NCBI GenBank assembly: GCA_965243395.1
Contig: CBDEUS010000002.1
Coordinates: 512,001-576,000 of the forward strand
Origin: Gammaproteobacteria bacterium
Lineage (GTDB): Bacteria; Pseudomonadota; Gammaproteobacteria; UBA4575
Length of the DNA: 64,000 bases
Direction of reading: 5' to 3'
The translations under genes were made by a program, and so were the position numbers. Of this stretch, positions 29,002 to 38,851 are shown piece after piece. Under the pieces are notes generated by a model, which saw nothing but the letters and a program-made list of their open reading frames with translations, searched no databases and was not told the origin of the DNA. Each line of letters opens with the position of its first letter. The first letter of the stretch is position 1.

Positions 29002-29403
29002 TTATGAGTGATCAAAAATCTCGATGTCACCATTTTCAAATATAGCTATTATAATTTTATCTCTAATTCCACTTGTAACCCCGACATGAAATTGTAAGTA
29101 AATAACCCTACCTCCTAATTCTTCATAACCACCTTCATAGGATAATTGAATACCGTTATGATAAGCACTTGGGATTTCATTTAAAATTATTTGAGGTATT
29201 TCGATTGTTTTACCAAATGCTCGTACAGTAATTTCTGAAAACAATCGTTTGGTATCTTTCTTTGCCTTAACGACAACAGGGCCTGATTCATCAATCGCTT
29301 CAGAGAATATATGAATGCTAGTAAACGGTAGTACGCCTTCTCGTGAAGAGTATGTGGCTGACATTATTAGATACAAAATCAGGAAAACCATTACTTTTCT
29401 CAT
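29002..29403 (-). CDS. Cassette ORF, exported hypothetical protein
   Basis: Signal peptide; fills the interval. Confidence 0.7.
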   Translation of the reverse strand: MRKVMVFLILYLIMSATYSSREGVLPFTSIHIFSEAIDESGPVVVKAKKDTKRLFSEITVRAFGKTIEIPQIILNEIPSAYHNGIQLSYEGGYEELGGRVIYLQFHVGVTSGIRDKIIIAIFENGDIEIFDHS

Positions 29404-29472
29404 AACCTATCCTTAAATATATCTAGTGAAAAAAGAATATTGAAATGTCCGCTTTGGGTCGTTAGCAGTCAT

Positions 29473-30048
29473 TCAATCGCTATTTATACTATCTCTCCAC
29501 TTCCATGGAGGGATTGGGTCTTCTGTTTTCCATAGTCCTACTTTTTTTGACTTCGCCCAGTATTCTTTACTATTTAAATCTTTCTGCCTTTCTTTTGGTA
29601 ACTGCTTGTAAAATCTTCGCATTACCCATGCATGACCGCATACGACCATTTTTGCATTTACATTTACCCATTCATTATCTGATTCACTTTGTACATATAT
29701 AGTTGCCAACATTCGCTCATATTTATCATAACCATGTGACTCTATTCGAATATGACGACCACCAATTAATCGAATCAGGCCATATTTAGCATTGTCACCC
29801 CAAGGCTGACCATCTTCTGGGCAATCGATTGCGTATAGCCTTACTTTAGACTTACTCCATTCATCACCTACGATAATTGTATCTCCATCAATTACATGAT
29901 GGACTTTTTTTGTCTCGTAGCTTTTTTTATTTGATATTAGTTCTTTATCTTCATCTGATTTTGGTTTTTTATCTTTATCAGACTTGAGGCTAGTTATTAT
30001 GACTAGAGCAATTAAAAATACTACAAATAAAAGTATTCCTAATTCCAT
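29473..30048 (-). CDS. Cassette ORF, thermonuclease (SNase-like)
   Basis: VIDGDTI, VRLYAIDCPE, DKYERMLA, GLW, PPWKWR. Confidence 0.9.
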   Translation of the reverse strand: MELGILLFVVFLIALVIITSLKSDKDKKPKSDEDKELISNKKSYETKKVHHVIDGDTIIVGDEWSKSKVRLYAIDCPEDGQPWGDNAKYGLIRLIGGRHIRIESHGYDKYERMLATIYVQSESDNEWVNVNAKMVVCGHAWVMRRFYKQLPKERQKDLNSKEYWAKSKKVGLWKTEDPIPPWKWRDSINSD

Positions 30049-30154
30049 TTTTTTAGCTTACATTTGTTTAGAGAAATATGTCGTTTTGAACCATTAGTGG
30101 ACATTTATGAATTAATGGGATTGTGCTGTTGTCATTCGGTGATTTCGTCGATAC

Positions 30155-30517
30155 TCATTTACCGTCACCACATCTGCCCCATTCTCTATAAACTTTTCCA
30201 TTCTTTGGTGAAATAAAAGCAACATCAAATAAGTTTTGTGAGTTAGAAACAATCACACAACCATGTAACACACCAACTTTCCCGTAATAGTCTCCATCAA
30301 AGTCTGATTTTAGAAATACTATTGCTGCATCATTTTGACCTACACCAGCAATTTCAATTAACAGACTCTTTCCAACTTCGTATGAACAGTGTTTTGTTTG
30401 ACTACTATCCTCATGACATTCTTTACCAGAAATCACAGCACTAAATGTTTTTTCTTCACCAAAACATGGTGCCGAAAATAAAATTAAAATGATAAATATA
30501 AATTTATAAATTTTCAT
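30155..30517 (-). CDS. Cassette ORF, exported hypothetical protein
   Basis: Signal peptide, paired Cys. Confidence 0.7.
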   Translation of the reverse strand: MKIYKFIFIILILFSAPCFGEEKTFSAVISGKECHEDSSQTKHCSYEVGKSLLIEIAGVGQNDAAIVFLKSDFDGDYYGKVGVLHGCVIVSNSQNLFDVAFISPKNGKVYREWGRCGDGK

Positions 30518-30572
30518 TGATTTAGTCCATTTTAATTAAAGATAATTAATGTCCGCTTTCGGCCATTAGCGG

Positions 30573-31103
30573 TCATTCTGTGGAAGACACTAATTCACTA
30601 CAATCCATCACCTCTTTTGCAACGATTTGTGTTGGTGAGGTTGTTCGCTCAACGACTAAGGCAGGCTTCTCTTCTTTGCTATTAATTATAAATACACGAT
30701 ACGTATGCCCTGGATTAGCATTTAAATTAACATCGGCATTACAACTCAACGTTATCTGCTTATACTCTGGTTCAGAAAAACCGCCACCTAATTTAGCTAT
30801 TATGCAAAAAGGTAAAAGAATTAAACACCGAAGTTCAGGATTTTTTCGATCTTTATGCTTTATTTTATCTGAATTTGGTTCTACTTCTATTTGATGAATT
30901 ACATTTCCATTAAAGGAAATCTCAAAGTTTCCAGACTTTGATTGATAAGACTTGTTTTTATTAAAAGGCTTATCATTAATACTGACATTTTCCACCTGGA
31001 CATTAATTGTTGATTCTTTAAATAATTTACCTTTTAAGCTAGGCCCTGATGACGTTGAACATCCTGATATAAAAATTAGAGTTGTGATAACAAAAATTTT
31101 CAA
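30573..31103 (-). CDS. Cassette ORF, lipoprotein
   Basis: ISGC lipobox; TGA stop lies inside the site at 30549-30576. Confidence 0.75.
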   Translation of the reverse strand: MKIFVITTLIFISGCSTSSGPSLKGKLFKESTINVQVENVSINDKPFNKNKSYQSKSGNFEISFNGNVIHQIEVEPNSDKIKHKDRKNPELRCLILLPFCIIAKLGGGFSEPEYKQITLSCNADVNLNANPGHTYRVFIINSKEEKPALVVERTTSPTQIVAKEVMDCSELVSSTE

Positions 31104-31189
31104 AATTTGAAACTTAATTATGTCCGCTTTGGGTCGTTAGCGGACATTCGAGCACACATAATATATACGGTCAAAATAGATAGAACATT

Positions 31190-31260
31190 TGGTGGAAGGA
31201 TGGTGGAAAATAATTCCAAGGAGATATCAAAGAAACCGGATAATTAGTAACTAGTTGATT
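31190..31260 (-). other. Integrase arm-type repeats and IHF site at the island right end
   Basis: TGGTGGAAGGATGGTGGAAAA; minus strand AATCAACTAGTTA fits WATCAANNNNTTR. Confidence 0.6.
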
Positions 31261-31264
31261 TTAT

Positions 31265-31341
31265 TGGTGGGCCCGGTAGGACTCGAACCTACGACCAAAG
31301 GATTATGAGTCCTCTGCTCTAACCAACTGAGCTACAGGCCC
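31265..31341 (-). tRNA. ileX: tRNA-Ile2 (anticodon CAT, lysidine type)
   Basis: GGGCCTGTAGCTCAGTTGGTTAGAGCAGAGGACTCATAATCCTTTGGTCGTAGGTTCGAGTCCTACCGGGCCCACCA; position downstream of rpoD as for E. coli ileX. Confidence 0.88.
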
Positions 31342-31370
31342 TAACAAGATAAGTAATTGAAAGTAGAAGT

Positions 31371-33182
31371 TTACTCTATTTCCAGAAAACTACGTAACTG
31401 TTCAGAGCGACTCGGATGGCGTAGTTTACGCAATGCTTTAGCTTCAATTTGTCGAATACGTTCACGTGTTACATCAAATTGTTTGCCTACTTCTTCCAAT
31501 GTATGGTCAGTATTCATATCAATACCAAAACGCATACGCAGAACTTTAGCTTCACGGGGAGTGAGTGATGCAAGAATTTCACGTGTGGCCTCGCCTAAAC
31601 CCTCGAATGCTGCGGAGTCAACGGGTGACTCAATAGTGGCATCTTCGATGAAGTCACCAAGATGAGAATCTTCATCATCACCGATAGGTGTTTCCATTGA
31701 GATAGGTTCTTTTGCAATTTTAAGAACTTTACGCACTTTGTCTTCGGGCATCTCCATACGCTCAGCAAGCTCTTCCGGGGTCGCTTCACGTCCCATTTCT
31801 TGCAACATTTGGCGCGAGATGCGATTAAGCTTGTTAATGGTTTCGATCATATGTACAGGAATTCGAATAGTGCGCGCTTGATCAGCAATCGATCGTGTAA
31901 TGGCTTGACGAATCCACCAAGTTGCATAAGTAGAAAATTTGTAACCGCGTCGATATTCAAATTTATCTACGGCTTTCATTAAACCGATATTACCTTCCTG
32001 GATGAGGTCTAAAAACTGCAAACCACGGTTTGTATATTTTTTCGCAATAGAAATTACTAAACGTAAATTCGCTTCAACCATTTCCTTTTTAGCTCGACGT
32101 GCTTTCGCTTCGCCGATGGACATGCGGCGGTTGATGTCTTTTATTTCGCCTACTGTTAAACTAATTTCCTCTTCAATGAATAAAAGTTTTTCCTGTTCTT
32201 TTATAATCTCAGATTTAAATTCCGTTAAAGATGTTGCATATTTGGCTTTCGCGTGGGTGTTTACCCAATCTAAATTTGTCTCGTTACCAGAAAAAGTTTC
32301 TATAAACTTGCTGCGCGACATTTTCACATCATGTACGCAAATTTGCATAATCGCTCGTTCATGAGTACGAATACGGTTCATCATTTTTCGTACATCATCT
32401 GTTAAAATTTCAACGATTTTAGGCACTAGCTTGACCATAGTGAATTCTTCGGCAAGCTTTTCACGCGCTGTAGCTAACTTTTTCTCGTTATTTGCAACAG
32501 TAGTACTAGAGATTTTTTTAAATAATTTTTCTAATCCTTTAAAGTAAGCGCGTGCTTCTTCTGGATCTGGGCCTGTGTCAATTTCTTCTTCAGACTCTTC
32601 ACCTTCTTCTTGATTTTTTTCTCTTTCTGCTTGTTGTTGTGCTGCAGGAGGTGGAATTGCATCCGTATCTTCATCCGGATCCATAAAGCCTGTAATCAAA
32701 TCAGTAAGTCGCAATTCTTCAGTTTCAACTTTGTCATACATGAACAAAAGTTTTTCTATGGTTGCGGGGTAATGGCCGATAGCAAATAAAACCTGTCGTA
32801 AACCATCTTCAATACGTTTAGCGATTTTAATTTCGCCTTCTCTTGTTAATAGATTAACAATGCCCATTTCACGCATGTACATACGCACTGGATCTGTGGT
32901 TCGACCAAATTCACTATCTACAGTAGCGAGTGCCGCAGCGGCTTCTTCAGCAGCATCATCGTCAGTAACATTATCGTCTGTTAATACTAAGCTATCTGTA
33001 TCTGGGGCCTGTTCATGGACTTTAATGCCCATGTCGTTAATCATGCTAACGATGTCTTCGATTTGTTCCGGGTCAACAATACCGCTAGGAAGATGGTCAT
33101 TTACTTCAGCATAAGTAAGGTAACCTTGTTCTTTTCCTTTAGCGATGAGTTGTTTGATACTGGATTGCTGATCTTCGTCCAT
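31371..33182 (-). CDS. rpoD: RNA polymerase sigma-70
   Basis: Regions 1.1-4: [33 protein letters not shown]. Confidence 0.99.
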   Translation of the reverse strand: MDEDQQSSIKQLIAKGKEQGYLTYAEVNDHLPSGIVDPEQIEDIVSMINDMGIKVHEQAPDTDSLVLTDDNVTDDDAAEEAAAALATVDSEFGRTTDPVRMYMREMGIVNLLTREGEIKIAKRIEDGLRQVLFAIGHYPATIEKLLFMYDKVETEELRLTDLITGFMDPDEDTDAIPPPAAQQQAEREKNQEEGEESEEEIDTGPDPEEARAYFKGLEKLFKKISSTTVANNEKKLATAREKLAEEFTMVKLVPKIVEILTDDVRKMMNRIRTHERAIMQICVHDVKMSRSKFIETFSGNETNLDWVNTHAKAKYATSLTEFKSEIIKEQEKLLFIEEEISLTVGEIKDINRRMSIGEAKARRAKKEMVEANLRLVISIAKKYTNRGLQFLDLIQEGNIGLMKAVDKFEYRRGYKFSTYATWWIRQAITRSIADQARTIRIPVHMIETINKLNRISRQMLQEMGREATPEELAERMEMPEDKVRKVLKIAKEPISMETPIGDDEDSHLGDFIEDATIESPVDSAAFEGLGEATREILASLTPREAKVLRMRFGIDMNTDHTLEEVGKQFDVTRERIRQIEAKALRKLRHPSRSEQLRSFLEIE

Positions 33183-33271
33183 TTGCTATCAAGTCCAAGT
33201 GCGAGAGTTGGTGAGTGAACCGGAAAGTATATCAGAAAATACTGATATAGGTAGTATCACGTCTGTGCTAT

Positions 33272-34975
33272 TTATGATGCCTTTTGGTGTAACAAGTTCT
33301 TAAATTCTTGCCGTTCGTCCTCATTTAATCCATCTGTGCTCTGTTTATCAATGAGTTCCTTGACTCGTGAGCTTTGGGTCTTGCGTTGTATCCATACTAA
33401 AGCATCCTGGAGTGCGGTTTGTGGATCGGTCATTTCTGGAGGATCCCAAGACATCAATTTTTGAATTTGTTGTTCTTCAGGTTGATCCCGAAAGCGCTCA
33501 ATTAATGCAGCGTGACTGAGTTCGGGTTGCTGCTTCCATATATCGATAATTTTGGTCAATAGTGAAACACCTGCGATAGAGCTTTCATCTAAAAAATCAA
33601 TTGCATCTACCTCTAATGCTAAAGAAGGTTGATGCAGTAATGCTGTTATTGCTAAACGAACAGGTGTCCCCTTGTTACTAGATGAACTAACTAGCTTAGT
33701 TTGTTTGGCAGGTATGGGAGAATAATCAATAGGAGCTCCCACTTTTTTCTCTAGTTCTTCAAAAATTAATTTTTTAAATACACCGTTTGGGAATTTTTCT
33801 AATAAGGGTTTCGCTAGTTGCGCCAATCTTGCTTTGCCAGACGGACTGCGAATATCTATATCTTCGGATAACTTTGAGAAGATGAACGTTGCCAAGGAAT
33901 CACCTTCACTAATATATTGTAAAAATATCTCTTTACCACGTGATCGAATTAGGCTGTCAGGATCTTCTCCTTGTGGCAGGAATAAAAATTTTGCTTCTAA
34001 TCCATCTTTGAACAAAGGTATCGTTTGCTGGGCTGCGCGCCAGGCAGCATCACGTCCCGCGCGATCTCCATCAAAACAAAATACAATTTCTTGCGTACAG
34101 CGATATAGATTTTGAATATGTTGTGAAGTTGTTGCGGTTCCCAGGGTAGCTACTACATTTTCAATTCCATGTTGAGCTAAAGCAACAACATCCATATAGC
34201 CTTCTACAACTATAAGTGATCGAGCAGTTTGTTTTGCTTTGCGGGCCTCATAAAGGCCATATAGTGCTTCACTCTTGTGAAATACCGGAGTTTCGGGAGA
34301 ATTTAGATATTTAGGTACCGCATCATCCAGGACTCGTCCGCCAAATCCAATGACACGGCCTCGGCGATCTTTGATCGGAAATATTATTCGGTTACGAAAA
34401 CGATCGTAAATGCTCCCTTTATCATTTTTTTTGATTAAGCCAATTTCAATTAGCTGTTCTTGAGTCGCAGCGTTATCGAATTGCTTAAGAAGATTTTCAA
34501 AGCCATCTTCAGCATAACCTAAATTATATTTGGCAGCTATTTCTCCACTAACACCACGATCTTTTAAATAGCTTATTGCATGTTGGTGATTGCGCAATGA
34601 TTTTTGATAATAAGTGTTAGCTTGTTCAAGAAGAATATATAGTGGTTGAAAATCATTTTTGACAAAGTTGTTATCGTCTTTTGGAATTTCTAAACCATGC
34701 TGTTGAGCAAGCACTTCTACTGCTTCAATAAAATCAAGACGATCATACTCCATTAAAAAACCGAGTGCTGTGCCATGAGCACCACATCCAAAACAATGGT
34801 AGAACTGTTTTTCAGGGCTTACAGTAAATGAGGCAGTCTTTTCGTTATGGAAAGGACAACATGCTGCATATTCCTTACCTTTCTTTTTTAAGCTTACACG
34901 GCTGTCGATTAATTCAACAATATCAGTTCGACTGATTACCTCATCGATGAATGCTTGAGGAATTCTTGAAGACAC
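33272..34975 (-). CDS. dnaG: DNA primase
   Basis: CPFHNEK zinc finger, KYLNSPET, VEGYMDV. Confidence 0.98.
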   Translation of the reverse strand: MSSRIPQAFIDEVISRTDIVELIDSRVSLKKKGKEYAACCPFHNEKTASFTVSPEKQFYHCFGCGAHGTALGFLMEYDRLDFIEAVEVLAQQHGLEIPKDDNNFVKNDFQPLYILLEQANTYYQKSLRNHQHAISYLKDRGVSGEIAAKYNLGYAEDGFENLLKQFDNAATQEQLIEIGLIKKNDKGSIYDRFRNRIIFPIKDRRGRVIGFGGRVLDDAVPKYLNSPETPVFHKSEALYGLYEARKAKQTARSLIVVEGYMDVVALAQHGIENVVATLGTATTSQHIQNLYRCTQEIVFCFDGDRAGRDAAWRAAQQTIPLFKDGLEAKFLFLPQGEDPDSLIRSRGKEIFLQYISEGDSLATFIFSKLSEDIDIRSPSGKARLAQLAKPLLEKFPNGVFKKLIFEELEKKVGAPIDYSPIPAKQTKLVSSSSNKGTPVRLAITALLHQPSLALEVDAIDFLDESSIAGVSLLTKIIDIWKQQPELSHAALIERFRDQPEEQQIQKLMSWDPPEMTDPQTALQDALVWIQRKTQSSRVKELIDKQSTDGLNEDERQEFKNLLHQKAS

Positions 34976-35070
34976 GAGGTACGATTTCTACTAGGTGTGT
35001 TTAATAAAATTTTTACTGGTAGAAATAATAACCTTTTAAATAAAAACATAAACACTATATTTTATAGTGT

Positions 35071-36588
35071 TTATTCTTTTTCTATAACCTCGTGTAAATG
35101 TTTAATTTGTATTGGGTATGGAGTATTTTTTTTCAATGCATCTGTAAGTTGCTCAACACCTTTTAGCGCATCTTCACGAGATTCATAGATGCCGTGCACA
35201 AGCACATACCAAGATTTATTCGCAGAGGTTTTTTGATAATAAGCGGTATTATCAGTTAATTCATTTTTTTTGATGAATTCTAAAAGATTTTGTTCATTTG
35301 GGGAGGCAACAATTTGAATGGTATACGCCGACGGATCTTGTTTGAGTATCCAGTCAGAAGAGAAGTTGGGAGTTGTTTCTACATCAGCTTTTTTCTCGGA
35401 AATGTCCACGACTTTTTTCGGTTTCTTGGTTTCCGATAGGTCTTTTTGTAATGGGCCTAATACCAGCGGCGCAACATAAGGTTTGGCAATCTGTTTTTCC
35501 TCATCTATAGCTTCATCCGATATCGTTTTAGGCTGTTGAATTTCTTCTTTTTCAGTTTGTTCAGGTGAAGTCTGCTCTTGTTTAGATTCAGCGAGATCAA
35601 GCTCAATAGGTTCATCAGGTTGATTTGTGTTTTTAAATATTGCAGAAAGTAAAACAGCTAAGGCTATAAGACCGGCTAAAATTAAACCAAGCCGCATACC
35701 TGGACTTGATTGAATTTTGTTTCCATCGGCTGCCGGTGATGCTTTCTGGTCACACTGTTTGGATAGTTCTTCGCGCGCTAGTTTATTAATGTGTTTGGGT
35801 AAACCTTTAGATTTTGAATAAATTTCAGTGATTATTGCAGAACTGAAAATATCGTCACTGCTCGCACCTGCCTGTTCGAGACGATAGCGAAGATATTCTT
35901 CACATTGCTTAGCATCAAATGAACGTGTATTAACTTGATAAATTTGAGTAGCAGCCGGGTTTGTTTGTTCTAATTCAGAAAGTTTTGTTTGTATGTTTGG
36001 CTCTGCGGCAAGTACCAACCCCATTACTCGTGAAGATTGTAAGCCAACGTGGTGTTTGAGCTTTAGTAATTCATCCAGCACATTATTTGGTAATCGATGA
36101 GCATCATCGATAATCAAAACTGGATATTTATCGTCTTCAATGTATTCTCTTATATGCTCATTTGTACTTAGTGGTTCTTCGTCATCCGCATCTAAGTGAG
36201 TTATCTCCTCATCGCCCAGCTTGGGTAAGCGCCAACGCTCTTTTATTTTTTGTTCAATGTCTAAAAAAGTAGTTTTTGGTTTAGCGCGTAGGGTACAGAA
36301 GTTAAATTGTTGATAGCCTTTGCGTAACAACATGCGAAGATGAGTGGTTTTACCGATTCCTACTTCACCCAGTAATACAATCGTTGAATTTTGTTTTGAT
36401 AAGTAGTCCATCAGAACATTCATGGACATCTCGAGTTGTTTGTCCATGAAAAGGAATGGGTCACGTGCGTGATCAATAAATGGGTTTTGTTCTAACCCTA
36501 GCTTCTCCAGACATTCAACTGATAAAAAATCTATATCCATATCTTCAATAGCTTTACTGCTATAACGTTGTTCAAATGGATTTGGCAT
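35071..36588 (-). CDS. damX: AAA ATPase plus C-terminal SPOR domain (DamX-like)
   Basis: GEVGIGKT, LIIDDAH, YTIQI ... WYVLVHGIY; follows aroKB. Confidence 0.7.
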   Translation of the reverse strand: MPNPFEQRYSSKAIEDMDIDFLSVECLEKLGLEQNPFIDHARDPFLFMDKQLEMSMNVLMDYLSKQNSTIVLLGEVGIGKTTHLRMLLRKGYQQFNFCTLRAKPKTTFLDIEQKIKERWRLPKLGDEEITHLDADDEEPLSTNEHIREYIEDDKYPVLIIDDAHRLPNNVLDELLKLKHHVGLQSSRVMGLVLAAEPNIQTKLSELEQTNPAATQIYQVNTRSFDAKQCEEYLRYRLEQAGASSDDIFSSAIITEIYSKSKGLPKHINKLAREELSKQCDQKASPAADGNKIQSSPGMRLGLILAGLIALAVLLSAIFKNTNQPDEPIELDLAESKQEQTSPEQTEKEEIQQPKTISDEAIDEEKQIAKPYVAPLVLGPLQKDLSETKKPKKVVDISEKKADVETTPNFSSDWILKQDPSAYTIQIVASPNEQNLLEFIKKNELTDNTAYYQKTSANKSWYVLVHGIYESREDALKGVEQLTDALKKNTPYPIQIKHLHEVIEKE

Positions 36589-37762
36589 TGAATATACGTT
36601 CGTGTTCTACAATGGCATATCGATCAGTCATACCAGCGATATAGTCGGCAACAGCTCGAGCTTTGCCTTTATTGCCTTTTTTCTCCATACCCGTAATTGC
36701 ATATTGCTGGTGTTCATCGGGCATTAATTTAATGTCCTCATAAAATGCTTCGTACAAATCTAGGATTATTCTTTTTGCTTTTTGACTCATGCGATGAACT
36801 TTGTAGTGCTGATATAAATTTTTATTTAAAAATGATTTAAGTTCACGATTCTTCTTATACATTGATTCACTAAAGTGAATTAAGGGTTTTGCCTCATTTC
36901 GCACATCATCAATGGTTTTCGTTTGTTTTTGAATGATAGTTTTACTGCTTTGCGCAACTAAGTCGCTCACTAGTTCATTTATTATACTGCGAATGCACTC
37001 ATACACCTTACGACGATTATTTAAGTGAGGATATTTCTTATTGACGTCTTCAAATTTACTGTTAAATAGCGCTATATCACGTAGTTGTTCGACTTTTATG
37101 AGTTTTGCACGTAAGCCATCGTCTAAATCGTGATTATTATAAGCGATCTCATCCGCAATATTGGCCAATTGAGCCTCTAGTCCGGGTTGTTTACGTTGTA
37201 AGAAGCGTTGTCCAAGTTCGCCTAAATGCTCGGCATTTTTGCGTGAACAATGTTTGAGAATACCTTCCCTTGTCTCGAACATTAAATTCAAACCGGAAAA
37301 TTCAGGGTATTTGAGCTCTAATTTATCTACAACGCGTAATGATTGTAAATTATGTTCGAAGCCACCATGATCTTGCATACATTCATTAAGTGCATCTTGA
37401 CCAGCATGTCCAAAAGGTGTGTGGCCGAGGTCATGCGCAAGCGCAATCGCTTCAGATAAATCTTCATTGAGTTTTAAAGCGCGAGCAATCGCACGCGCTA
37501 TTTGAGCAACTTCAATAGAATGGGTAAGACGTGTTCGAAATAAATCTCCTTCATGGTTAACAAAAACTTGAGTTTTATATTCGAGTCGGCGAAATGCAGT
37601 ACTATGAATAATGCGTTCACGATCACGCTGGAATTCAGTACGGTAATCTACTAGGGATTCGGGATATTGCCTACCTATACTACGATCACTGTGGGCTGCA
37701 TAAGGAGCTAATTCTTTAGAAGAAGAAATTCTAGAATAATTTGATAGGGTTGCAGTAGTCAT
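36572..37762 (-). CDS. dgt: dGTP triphosphohydrolase
   Basis: FRRLEYKTQV, RTRLTHS, HDLGHTPFGHAG. Confidence 0.95.
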   Translation of the reverse strand: MTTATLSNYSRISSSKELAPYAAHSDRSIGRQYPESLVDYRTEFQRDRERIIHSTAFRRLEYKTQVFVNHEGDLFRTRLTHSIEVAQIARAIARALKLNEDLSEAIALAHDLGHTPFGHAGQDALNECMQDHGGFEHNLQSLRVVDKLELKYPEFSGLNLMFETREGILKHCSRKNAEHLGELGQRFLQRKQPGLEAQLANIADEIAYNNHDLDDGLRAKLIKVEQLRDIALFNSKFEDVNKKYPHLNNRRKVYECIRSIINELVSDLVAQSSKTIIQKQTKTIDDVRNEAKPLIHFSESMYKKNRELKSFLNKNLYQHYKVHRMSQKAKRIILDLYEAFYEDIKLMPDEHQQYAITGMEKKGNKGKARAVADYIAGMTDRYAIVEHERIFNAKSI

Positions 37763-37765
37763 ATA

Positions 37766-38851
37766 TCAAGCGTTACAACATTCGTTTAGCGTTTCTTCTA
37801 GCAAAACACCGCTAAACTCTGCTGTCAAAATTGCCTCACCGATTGATTTTAATAATACTAAATATAGTTTACCTCCCCTTACTTTTTTGTCTACGGACAT
37901 ATGTTGCATGAAGTTTTCGGCAATTATATTTTTAGGTGCTTGAATAGGTAGATTTGCTTTGTCTAAAAGGTTTTCAACCCGTGTGTAGTCTTGCTCATCT
38001 AGCCAACCTTGCTTTACTGACAACCGCATTGCCATCAACATTCCATAAGCAACCGCTTCACCATGTAACCACACACCATAGCCCACACTTGTTTCTATAG
38101 CATGTCCAAAGGTATGCCCAAAATTCAGTAATGCCCGTCTACCTGATTTTTCTAATTCATCTTCTGCAACAATCTGCGCTTTATTTTCACAAGAGCGGTG
38201 AACTGCGTAAGCGAGCGCCTCAGGATCTCGATTAATAAGTTTCTCGATGTTTTTTTCGAGCCAACTAAAAAATTCTGGATCTCTGATTAACCCATATTTA
38301 ATTATTTCAGCGATGCCTGCACTCAACTCGCGATCATCTAAGGTCTTTAAAGTGCTTAGGTCAGCGATGACACAACGTGGCTGGTAAAAACTACCTATCA
38401 TGTTTTTACCGAGTGGATGATTAACACCTGTTTTACCACCTACAGATGAGTCTACCTGGGCAAGTAATGTTGTGGGCACTTGAATGAAGTTAATTCCTCT
38501 TTGATATGTTGCTGCTGCAAAGCCGGTAAGATCACCAATGACTCCGCCGCCAAGTGCGACTAAGGTTGTGTTACGGTCGTAATGCTTTTCTATAAGTGAA
38601 TTGTATATCGCCTGCATGGAGTCGATATTTTTGAAATTTTCTCCATCAGGTAAAACATGGTAATCACACTTGAATTTTTTAAAGCTATTAAGAACTTTGT
38701 CTAGGTATAAAGGCGCAACTTTTTCGTTGCTTATAACGAAAACATGCTCACTATGAATATGTTTAACCATAAGCTCCGCTTCAGAAAGCAAATCGGTGCC
38801 TATATATATTGGATAACTTCTTTCTTCCAATTGCACATTAAAAGTTTTCAT
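37766..38851 (-). CDS. aroB: 3-dehydroquinate synthase
   Basis: GGGVIGD, PTTLLAQVDSSVGGKT, LNFGHTFGHA. Confidence 0.98.
   Translation of the reverse strand: MKTFNVQLEERSYPIYIGTDLLSEAELMVKHIHSEHVFVISNEKVAPLYLDKVLNSFKKFKCDYHVLPDGENFKNIDSMQAIYNSLIEKHYDRNTTLVALGGGVIGDLTGFAAATYQRGINFIQVPTTLLAQVDSSVGGKTGVNHPLGKNMIGSFYQPRCVIADLSTLKTLDDRELSAGIAEIIKYGLIRDPEFFSWLEKNIEKLINRDPEALAYAVHRSCENKAQIVAEDELEKSGRRALLNFGHTFGHAIETSVGYGVWLHGEAVAYGMLMAMRLSVKQGWLDEQDYTRVENLLDKANLPIQAPKNIIAENFMQHMSVDKKVRGGKLYLVLLKSIGEAILTAEFSGVLLEETLNECCNA

Larger units (their letters stand above)
24188..31147 (-). repeat. Array of 15 co-oriented 28-bp sites separating single-gene cassettes
   Basis: Site starts: 24188, 24744, 25445, 25770, 26502, 27138, 27610, 27984, 28057, 28457, 28967, 29445, 30077, 30549, 31120. 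Confidence 0.92.
1..31264. mobile_element. Genomic island / accreted integrative elements at the 3' end of tRNA-Ile2; left boundary is outside the window
   Basis: Accessory genes only, starting right after the tRNA CCA; IHF consensus and paired GGTGGA arm-like repeats next to the tRNA; no integrase in the window. Confidence 0.75.

Noticed and set aside
24188-31147. CRISPR array (28-nt hairpin repeats)
   Set aside because: Spacers are mostly 300-700 bp whole genes, repeats are too variable, and no cas genes are present
24188-31147. Classical integron attC sites
   Set aside because: Too short, no RYYYAAC...GTTRRRY ends, no intI
31120-31147. Chromosomal dif or pdif site
   Set aside because: Geometry matches but the XerD arm TTATGTTAAAT is absent
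24188-31147. Sites as ordinary intrinsic terminators
   Set aside because: No consistent U tract, several stems are broken by mismatches, and the loop sequence is conserved
31145-31174. Pc-like array promoter TTGACC-17-TCGAAT on the minus strand
   Set aside because: Weak -10; cannot be supported without TSS data
31265-31341. tRNA-Met assignment
   Set aside because: Paired first base pair and no GGG/CCC anticodon stem exclude fMet; sequence and rpoD context favour Ile2, though elongator Met is not formally excluded
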